A stretch of 13,212 bases of DNA from a virus, in UHGV virus genome UHGV-0125291, one strand, 5' to 3'. Within the stretch, counting starts at the first letter, position 1. Every line of letters starts with the position of its first letter. The notes beneath the pieces are model-generated. The model was given only the letters and a program-made list of their open reading frames with translations. It was not told the origin of the DNA and made no database searches. Positions 1-5,670 of this stretch are shown here, one piece after another. The position numbers and the translations under genes were made by a program.

Positions 1-1
1 T

Positions 2-541
2 GAGCGTCGAAATAAGGGGCGGTCCAGGCCAAAAACCAAAAAGGATCCATTCTTATCGCTTGCGCCGGTAAAAGAAATTTCTCCACATGCGAAGGCACTT
101 GCAGCACTGGCAAAGAACCCAGACCTGCGCGACGGAAATTGCGAGCACTTCGAGCAGGTTTTCATTTTTGATTACTTCGAACGCAAGCACCCTGACATCT
201 ATGAGCTGTTGCATGCAACGCCTAACGGAGGGAAACGTTCAAAAGCAACCGCCGGGAAAATGAAGGCTGAAGGGCAGAAAAAAGGTTATCCGGACATGAG
301 TCTCGATAAAGCATGCGGTATTTATCACGGCATGCGAATTGAGCTTAAAGAACCAAATGGTAAAGCCCCGACGAAAGAGCAGATCGCCTGGATGCGCAGG
401 CTTAGAGAGGAAGGTTACTACGTCGTTCTTGCGTATGGTGCAGAACAAGCGATAACCGCCATCCTGGAATACATAAGCCTTAAAAAGGGTGAGGCTATTG
501 AGCATGTATTGAACGGCGACAAGTGGTTGTATGCTGCTTAA
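2..541 (+). CDS. VRR-NUC-like nuclease domain protein, 5' partial (frame open to the window edge)
   Basis: The reading frame is open from position 2 with no in-frame ATG upstream; the only in-window start is TTG at 209, which lacks a convincing SD. The C-terminal part (GYPDMSL...GMRIELKEPNGKAPTKEQIAWMRRLREEGYYVVLAYG) fits a PD-(D/E)xK / VRR-NUC pattern (PD...ELK). The family call is pattern recognition, not a search. Confidence 0.55.
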   Translation, partial: ERRNKGRSRPKTKKDPFLSLAPVKEISPHAKALAALAKNPDLRDGNCEHFEQVFIFDYFERKHPDIYELLHATPNGGKRSKATAGKMKAEGQKKGYPDMSLDKACGIYHGMRIELKEPNGKAPTKEQIAWMRRLREEGYYVVLAYGAEQAITAILEYISLKKGEAIEHVLNGDKWLYAA

Positions 542-607
542 AATAATAAATTAATTAGTGCATATGTGCTCTTTGATATAGCGCACATTAACATCGGGAG
601 AATAATC

Positions 608-763
608 GTGTCATTCAAGGCTAATTATGAATCGCTGGCATCGATCATGCCGCGTAATGAACAGGAAGCAGATGCTGTAGTGGACCCGGTAATCGCTGAA
701 ATGAATGCTCGCCTGGAGGCTGAATTTGCAGCTGAGAATGAACATACCACCCAGGGCGACTAG
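608..763 (+). CDS. small acidic hypothetical protein (about 51 aa)
   Basis: GTG at 608 lies 7 nt after GGGAG (595-599); the ORF track gives 566..763 from an upstream start without an RBS. The 3' end overlaps the next gene and contains its SD. Confidence 0.3.
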   Translation: MSFKANYESLASIMPRNEQEADAVVDPVIAEMNARLEAEFAAENEHTTQGD

Positions 764-1367
764 GACTGTTTTTTGTGTCGGTAGCGGTCCGTCACTCACT
801 CGTGAGGACTGTGCTGCTATAGAAAAAACTGGCTGTTCAATCATCGCGGTTAACAATTCCTGGCAGATGTTCGATGACATTTATGCCTTATACGCCGGTG
901 ATTTGTCATGGTGGAAGCAATACGGATCCACCATACCGGGAGGGAGATTCCGCAAAGTGACAGCCAACCTGGCGGCGGCGAAATCATTTTCGTTGGAGTA
1001 CAGGCGATATTGTGGACCGGCGGAAGGGGTAAATAGCGGCGCGCAGGCTATCAGTCTGGCTGCTGAATCAGGGGCTGAAGTAGTGGTATTAGTCGGCTAT
1101 GACTGTTCTCTGCAAAACGGCCTTCATTGGCATGGCGCGCGCCCTCAAGCACTACGGAATCCAACGCAGGTGTCTATTTCAAAATGGCAACAGCAGTTCC
1201 TGGATACCCGCAAAAAACACGCAGATTTACATATTTTGAATGCAAGTAGGAGCAGTGCAATTCAATGTTTCCCAAGAATAAATTTAGAGGCAGTGATCGC
1301 GTTATTATCGTCGGCAGTGGCCCAAGCGCCGCAAACTTTGTTGCGCCGCGCGGAGTGCCGATTATAG
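726..1367 (+). CDS. hypothetical protein with N-terminal GxGPS motif (VGSGPS...IIAVN...VLVGYD), paralog A
   Basis: ORF track 705..1367. The preferred start is TTG 726, 6 nt after GGAGG (715-719); ATG 705 and ATG 738 are alternatives. It shares motif order and spacing with the next gene. A possible DUF115/MptE-like Rossmann-fold assignment is weak. Confidence 0.6.
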   Translation: MQLRMNIPPRATRTVFCVGSGPSLTREDCAAIEKTGCSIIAVNNSWQMFDDIYALYAGDLSWWKQYGSTIPGGRFRKVTANLAAAKSFSLEYRRYCGPAEGVNSGAQAISLAAESGAEVVVLVGYDCSLQNGLHWHGARPQALRNPTQVSISKWQQQFLDTRKKHADLHILNASRSSAIQCFPRINLEAVIALLSSAVAQAPQTLLRRAECRL

Positions 1368-1891
1368 CGGTCAATGGGGCCATCGACTGGCTTAACCGCG
1401 CTTCTTATTTTTTCACCCTTGATCCATCGCCAGACAATATGCGGCGCGTTGGTCGTGGCCGCCGTCGCCGTGGTGTTTGTTATTGCATGGCGCTACCCGA
1501 TGTTAAAGAACGTGAGGTCAGAGACGGCGTTCTGTGCTTCCGTCGTGTGGCTGAGCGCGGCACGGAGCCAAAAAATACGAATTCTCCCGAGTGGTGGGCG
1601 TGGCGCTGGTCCGCACATTTCGGACTTTGCGAAGATGAGAATGAAATTGCCAGCGGCAATAGTGCATATGGTGCTCTGAACCTGGCTTTCCATATCGGAT
1701 TCAAACATGTAGCCCTGGTGGGCGTTGACGCTACGCAAGAACCACGCGTTCATTCCGGCGGCACGCCAAAAAATCTAAGTCACCTGCCTTTGTTATTCCA
1801 GTCTGCGCGTGAACAGATTGACGTTGTTTCATGCGGGAAAATGGGAGGTATTCCGCAGATGACTCTTAAAGAATGGCTGAAGAATACATGA
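1265..1891 (+). CDS. hypothetical protein with N-terminal GxGPS motif (IVGSGPS...IIAVN...LVGVD), paralog B
   Basis: ATG 1265 is preceded by AGGAG (1248-1252). It is the only in-frame start before the conserved motif, and it forces a 103-nt out-of-frame overlap with paralog A. The stop TGA 1889-1891 overlaps the ATG of the next gene. Confidence 0.65.
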   Translation: MFPKNKFRGSDRVIIVGSGPSAANFVAPRGVPIIAVNGAIDWLNRASYFFTLDPSPDNMRRVGRGRRRRGVCYCMALPDVKEREVRDGVLCFRRVAERGTEPKNTNSPEWWAWRWSAHFGLCEDENEIASGNSAYGALNLAFHIGFKHVALVGVDATQEPRVHSGGTPKNLSHLPLLFQSAREQIDVVSCGKMGGIPQMTLKEWLKNT

Positions 1892-2565
1892 TGGCACCAA
1901 CAATTTATCACCGTATCGACGGTACCAAATACAGGAATATCTGGGTTGTTGGTGATCTGCATGGTTGCTACACCAGACTGATGTCCGAACTCCATCGTGT
2001 GGATTTTGACCCTGCGCAGGATTTACTGATATCGGTCGGCGACCTTATCGATCGCGGCACCGAAAATGTTAAATGCTTGGAGCTATTGCAGATGCCATGG
2101 TTCAGAGCGGTTATGGGCAACCATGAGCGGCTGATGATTGATGCGTTAAGTCCTGATGGCAACGTGAATAATTGGCTAATGAATGGCGGTCAATGGTTCT
2201 TCATGCTGGACGCTGATCAGGAAATATTAGCCAGGGCGCTGGTGGAGTTGGTAAGACGACTGCCCTATATCATTGAGTTGAACACCGGGCAAGAAACTAT
2301 CGTTATAGCCCATGCCGACTATCCGGATAATGAATACCAATTCGGTAAGGAGGTGCCGCTTTTCAACGTTGTCTGGGCGCGCGAGCGTATCAGTGATTCG
2401 ATGGATGATATTGGTGGCGAAATTTCGGGCGCAGATCGTTTTATCTTTGGTCACACTCCGGTGAAAAGCCCGAAGACATTCTGGAATCAGCAGTATATCG
2501 ACACTGGTGCCGTATTTTGCGGAAACCTGACATTGATGAAAGTGAAAGGTGATGGTGCAGCATGA
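1888..2565 (+). CDS. Ser/Thr protein phosphatase, lambda PP (NinI / ORF221) family metallophosphatase
   Basis: Metallophosphatase motifs GDLHGC, GDLIDRG and GNHE are present, and the protein is collinear with lambda phosphatase as recalled. The start at ATG 1888 overlaps the upstream stop (ATGA); ATG 1873 and ATG 1891 are alternatives. P1 carries an equivalent gene (ppp) by memory, so the symbol is left blank. Confidence 0.9.
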   Translation: MMAPTIYHRIDGTKYRNIWVVGDLHGCYTRLMSELHRVDFDPAQDLLISVGDLIDRGTENVKCLELLQMPWFRAVMGNHERLMIDALSPDGNVNNWLMNGGQWFFMLDADQEILARALVELVRRLPYIIELNTGQETIVIAHADYPDNEYQFGKEVPLFNVVWARERISDSMDDIGGEISGADRFIFGHTPVKSPKTFWNQQYIDTGAVFCGNLTLMKVKGDGAA

Positions 2566-3263
2566 AGATTGCTTTAGTTTTTCGCTCTGGTGGTGACTAT
2601 AACGCTTCCGATGTGCAGTGGCTGGTTAATCAACTGCCAAAAGGCTATGAAATTATTTGCCTGACAGACCTGAAGCGTTTACATGTACCTGGCGTCAAAG
2701 TTGTCCCATTGATCAACCAGTGGCAAAAGTGCCGTGGCTGGTGGGCGAAAATCGAGTTGTTCCGACCGGATATAACCGATGATCTGTTCTATCTGGATTT
2801 GGACACGGTTATTGCCGGTGATATACGCCCAATCCTTGAGAATCCACCAACCAGCTTCACCATGCTTAGGGATTTTTACCATCCACAATATCGTGGCAGC
2901 GGTGCCCTGTGGATACCAAATAGTGTAAAAGCGCATATCTGGAGTTCATTCTGGCAAGATCCGGAAGGTTGGATTTCTCGTTGTGTCACTACTGAGTGCT
3001 GGGGTGATCAGGGGTTCTTACGGAAGGTTATGGGCGATGATACACCAGCATTTCAGGATCTGTATCCAGGATGGTTTGTAAGTTACAAGGCCGATGTTGT
3101 GGAACCTGGTTCAAAATATGCGAGCGCGCGTTACTCCAGGGGGAATGGGGCATTACCAAAGGACTGCCGAATAATCTTTTTCCACGGCAAACCGCGACCT
3201 CGCGAAGTGTCAGAGGATTGGCTTCCCCTTATCAGCTCGTTTTTTGAGCGAGAATCAGAATAA
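2562..3263 (+). CDS. hypothetical protein with DxD motif ([12 protein letters not shown]), possible GT-A-like glycosyltransferase
   Basis: ATG 2562 overlaps the phosphatase stop (ATGA at 2562-2565), with AAGGTGA upstream. The N-terminal beta-alpha start ([12 protein letters not shown]) followed by DLD resembles nucleotide-sugar transferases. The function is inference only. Confidence 0.6.
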   Translation: MKIALVFRSGGDYNASDVQWLVNQLPKGYEIICLTDLKRLHVPGVKVVPLINQWQKCRGWWAKIELFRPDITDDLFYLDLDTVIAGDIRPILENPPTSFTMLRDFYHPQYRGSGALWIPNSVKAHIWSSFWQDPEGWISRCVTTECWGDQGFLRKVMGDDTPAFQDLYPGWFVSYKADVVEPGSKYASARYSRGNGALPKDCRIIFFHGKPRPREVSEDWLPLISSFFERESE

Positions 3264-3264
3264 T

Positions 3265-3281
3265 ATTGCTCTAATAATTCC
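3265..3281 (+). promoter_or_regulatory. P1 C1-repressor operator-like site (ATTGCTCTAATAATTCC), overlapping a possible -35 (TTGCTC)
   Basis: 14 of 17 positions match the asymmetric P1 C1 operator consensus ATTGCTCTAATAAATTT (recalled from literature). It sits 2 nt after the stop of the upstream gene and is followed at a fixed 19-nt offset by ATTTTTAAAAC, as is the copy at 5406. Confidence 0.5.
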
Positions 3282-3289
3282 ATATTTTT

Positions 3290-3319
3290 AAAACGTGATG
3301 TACACTCATCACGTTTTTT
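3290..3319 (+). terminator. Rho-independent terminator
   Basis: An 11-bp stem AAAACGTGATG / CATCACGTTTT with a 6-nt loop (3301-3306) is followed by a T-run ending at 3319. Confidence 0.6.
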
Positions 3320-3330
3320 ATTAGAGCAAT
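3314..3330 (-). promoter_or_regulatory. second C1 operator-like site, inverted orientation
   Basis: The reverse complement of 3314-3330 is ATTGCTCTAATAAAAAA, a 14/17 match to the consensus. With the site at 3265-3281 it forms a 13-bp inverted repeat enclosing the terminator hairpin. Confidence 0.45.
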
Positions 3331-3344
3331 CTACAAGGTGCACT

Positions 3345-3563
3345 ATGTGGCCATTCCGACGGAAATATCACTACTGGCTGATCGCCTTTGTTACGCCGAC
3401 CGGCGGTATCAGGCATGTCATCACCAGGTATCGCAACAAGAGACTCACCTTAGCCAGAATTTTACAGGCTGCCATAGGTGAGGGACTGGATACAAATTGC
3501 GTAGTCCTTCCTCCTTCATACTTAGGAAAAATGACCGAAGCACAAGCTAATACGGAACTTTGA
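3345..3563 (+). CDS. small hypothetical protein (72 aa)
   Basis: ATG 3345 lies 4 nt after AAGGTG (3335-3340). Its stop TGA 3561-3563 is 1 nt from the next ATG, suggesting coupling. No recognisable motifs. Confidence 0.4.
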   Translation: MWPFRRKYHYWLIAFVTPTGGIRHVITRYRNKRLTLARILQAAIGEGLDTNCVVLPPSYLGKMTEAQANTEL

Positions 3564-3564
3564 A

Positions 3565-4827
3565 ATGAGCACTTCAGCACAAAACCAATCAATCGAAAAT
3601 GTATCTATCCCTGACGTCCTGAATGCCGGTATCCCGGCCATTATCCAGAACATCCGGGCCGCGCAACGCCGCGTTAGTTGTGATGACCTCACAGCGCGTT
3701 TTTTTGATAATGCGGTTCAGTCAGCGGAGATGCTTCACGCACAGCTTATTGATGTTTATAACGCAGAAGCTGATAGCCATAACTCCCTGGTAGATGCAGC
3801 TGAAAATATGCAGTTGGATCTCGGTCTGAAGGGTAAAGAAATTGAAGAGCTTCAGCTGGAAATTGAACATTTGAAACGCCAGCAACAGGACGCGATCGAC
3901 GATGCGACGCATGACGCCAACCAGCGTGCTGATAATGCCGAACGTATAAGCATTGAGCTGGAAACAAAACTCAATGAAATGACCGCGATGGTTGAACTGC
4001 GGAACTCACAGATTTCAACGCTAAAATCTCAATATAAAGAGATCATGAAACTTGATCCTTTTAACCTTGAGAAACGCTATAACAAAGCTAAAAGCGAGCG
4101 ACAGGAACTGCGTAAGCAGGTCGCCGACCTTAACCAACAGCTCAAAAAAACTATTAAAGATGCAAGCGAAGCGCGCGTGGCATTTGCTAATAAAAAAGCA
4201 GAGGTTACCGCGCTGGTTAATGAGAATGCCAAATTTGCGACGCTCAAGAAGGAAATGTATGGCATTACTGAGCGCCGTTTCCCTGCAAGCAAACTTCATC
4301 CGACGTTAGGGCAAATCTCCTTCTTCCCGCGCCTCCTGGCTTATGGGATCTCATCGCCTAAAGAGTTCAATAACGAGCGTCCTTATATCGTTTCTAAGCT
4401 GGACTTTGCTTATCAGTTCTGCTGCGACATGGGCTATGCCATTGATATCCGAATCAACGAATGGTTGATGCCAAACTTCCAGCCGTTGGCAATTTTCCGC
4501 GAGTTCCAGCCGGAAGGTTGGGTAGAGTTCTTCCATGAATTGATCTGTAAAGAGATGGAAAGCCGCCGCCCGGAATTGGTCCGTCGAGTTGAGTGGGCGC
4601 AAGAGGTTATGTTGGCAGATGCAGAGCTGCCGTTCGAACCGGAATTCATTGATGATCTGGCAACTAAAGGGCTGCATACCCTGTTTGATGTGGTTACCCG
4701 CCGTCATGAGCAGTTGGTTGTCGAATTGGGTTTAGAGGAAACTGCGGCAAGAAGACTTCTCGATGTTTGCTATGCACGTAGCGATGCATGGGAAAAAGAG
4801 AACGGCGGCACTATTTACGTTCGCTGA
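3565..4827 (+). CDS. coiled-coil protein of unknown function (420 aa) with a C-terminal globular domain
   Basis: Long ORF. Residues about 80-230 are a heptad-rich charged segment (EIEELQLEIEHLKRQQQ..., ELRKQVADLNQQLKK); the C-terminal roughly 190 aa is aromatic and Cys-containing. No catalytic motif is recognised. Confidence 0.8.
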   Translation: MSTSAQNQSIENVSIPDVLNAGIPAIIQNIRAAQRRVSCDDLTARFFDNAVQSAEMLHAQLIDVYNAEADSHNSLVDAAENMQLDLGLKGKEIEELQLEIEHLKRQQQDAIDDATHDANQRADNAERISIELETKLNEMTAMVELRNSQISTLKSQYKEIMKLDPFNLEKRYNKAKSERQELRKQVADLNQQLKKTIKDASEARVAFANKKAEVTALVNENAKFATLKKEMYGITERRFPASKLHPTLGQISFFPRLLAYGISSPKEFNNERPYIVSKLDFAYQFCCDMGYAIDIRINEWLMPNFQPLAIFREFQPEGWVEFFHELICKEMESRRPELVRRVEWAQEVMLADAELPFEPEFIDDLATKGLHTLFDVVTRRHEQLVVELGLEETAARRLLDVCYARSDAWEKENGGTIYVR

Positions 4828-4847
4828 TAGTTACAGTGTCACTTTTA

Positions 4848-4880
4848 ATGCTGGTGGAGTGCGCCCACCAGCATTTTTTT
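4848..4880 (+). terminator. Rho-independent terminator
   Basis: A 10-bp stem ATGCTGGTGG / CCACCAGCAT with a 7-nt loop is followed by a T7 run (4874-4880), 20 nt after the stop of the 420-aa gene. Confidence 0.7.
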
Positions 4881-4899
4881 CGTCCAATGAGGAGGGCAT

Positions 4900-5406
4900 T
4901 TGAGTATTTTCAATAAACACGCACACCAGGAACGTCCGTACATCGTCATAGTAGATATTGATGGGACGATATCAGAGGCAACGGAAGACAGGCTGCATTT
5001 ACTTCCACCACCTGGCAAAGGTGCATTAACAGAGCACTGGAACGAGTTTAACCTTGCCTGTGACACTGATGCTCCCATCACTCCAGTTATTGATATGGTG
5101 CGCCAGTTGTCCGGCATTTACACCCTCTGGTTTGTAACCGGGCGCTGTGAGATCGCAAGGGATAAAACACGAGCCTGGTTGCGTAAGCACGTAACAAATG
5201 GGGCTGAGCCTTTGCTATCTATGCGTCCTGCCACCGATGACAGAAATGACGGCCCAGCAAAGATTGATCTCCTTAAGAAAATTGGTCTAAGCAAAATTGC
5301 GTTCGCGCTGGAAGATAAGATTGAAGTGGCGCGTGTTTTCAGGAGGCACGGCGTGCTTACGTTAATGGTCAGGGAGTATGAAAACGCGCTTCTCCATCAA
5401 CAATAA
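4900..5406 (+). CDS. HAD-superfamily phosphatase-like protein
   Basis: TTG start at 4900 is 4 nt after AGGAGG (4890-4895). HAD motif I DxDGT is present (VIVDIDGTI), with a downstream Thr (FVTGR), Lys and LEDK consistent with motifs II-IV. Confidence 0.75.
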   Translation: MSIFNKHAHQERPYIVIVDIDGTISEATEDRLHLLPPPGKGALTEHWNEFNLACDTDAPITPVIDMVRQLSGIYTLWFVTGRCEIARDKTRAWLRKHVTNGAEPLLSMRPATDDRNDGPAKIDLLKKIGLSKIAFALEDKIEVARVFRRHGVLTLMVREYENALLHQQ

Positions 5407-5422
5407 TTGCTCTAATAAATCA
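5406..5422 (+). promoter_or_regulatory. third C1 operator-like site (ATTGCTCTAATAAATCA), overlapping a possible -35
   Basis: 15 of 17 positions match the C1 operator consensus. It starts at the last base of the HAD gene stop codon and is followed at the same 19-nt offset by ATTTTTAAAAC (5425-5435). Confidence 0.5.
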
Positions 5423-5455
5423 TGATTTTTAAAACAGAGAAAGTGAAAATAAAAA

Positions 5456-5476
5456 CATGCCGCAAGGCGCGGCATG
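5456..5476 (-). terminator. GC-rich hairpin acting as an intrinsic terminator in the minus orientation
   Basis: An 8-bp stem CATGCCGC / GCGGCATG with a 5-nt loop. On the minus strand it is followed by UUUUUAUUUU (complement of 5441-5455); on the plus strand there is no U-tract, so there it would be a 5'-UTR structure. Confidence 0.4.
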
Positions 5477-5504
5477 TATCCAATCAATCACAGGAGCTGA
5501 AGAT

Positions 5505-5591
5505 ATGAACACGGCATTCAAAATCATTATGACCGCGATCTATTTCTGGCTGTTCTTTATCACTTTTGGCAGCATTGTCGCGCATGGGTAA
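5505..5591 (+). CDS. small hydrophobic peptide (28 aa, MNTAFKIIMTAIYFWLFFITFGSIVAHG), one predicted TM helix
   Basis: ATG 5505 is 8 nt after AGGAG (5492-5496) and the stop is TAA 5589-5591. It is below the 60-aa cutoff of the ORF track. It lies downstream of the operator/promoter module at 5406-5435. Confidence 0.35.
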   Translation: MNTAFKIIMTAIYFWLFFITFGSIVAHG

Positions 5592-5626
5592 GGGGAGTAT
5601 ATTAGCCATTTGGAACCCCACGGTCT

Positions 5627-5654
5627 CTTGCGGGTTTAATTAAGAACCCGCAAG
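5627..5654. other. perfect 10-bp stem-loop (CTTGCGGGTT-8 nt-AACCCGCAAG), not a canonical terminator
   Basis: Located 17 nt from the hsdR stop. The A-run is 3' on the plus strand and the U-run is 5' on the minus strand, so neither orientation gives hairpin plus U-tract. Confidence 0.4.
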
Positions 5655-5670
5655 AAAAACACGAATTGGG

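Noticed and set aside
542-607. Promoter upstream of the small ORF (TTGATA at 574-579; imperfect inverted repeat ATGTGCTC...GCGCACAT)
   Set aside because: No -10 hexamer at appropriate spacing, and the AT-rich context makes chance matches likely.
1374-1679. 101-aa plus-strand ORF inside paralog B, and minus-strand ORFs 1480..1704 and 1493..1753
   Set aside because: They are alternative-frame ORFs within a gene supported by paralogy and an RBS, with no signals of their own.
3371-4707. Minus-strand ORFs opposite the 72-aa and 420-aa genes (3371..3592, 3721..3912, 3746..3967, 4021..4299, 4077..4292, 4351..4707, 4434..4649) and the plus-strand ORF 4052..4309
   Set aside because: They are nested in or antisense to a long plus-strand ORF with coherent coiled-coil periodicity. 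None has start signals.
3565-4827. Q-type antiterminator, expected after a ninI-like phosphatase in a lambdoid layout
   Set aside because: The 420-aa product is far too long and coiled-coil-rich, and lacks the zinc-binding and sigma-contacting features of Q proteins. The phd/doc sequences and the C1-operator matches point to a P1-like rather than lambdoid context.
5520-5620. Antisense sRNA promoter that would make 5505-5591 a classic type I toxin-antitoxin pair
   Set aside because: No convincing -35/-10 pair was found on the minus strand (best is CATAAT with no -35). The minus-orientation terminator at 5456-5476 is equally explained as the hsdR terminator. Kept only as a low-confidence idea within the small-ORF finding.
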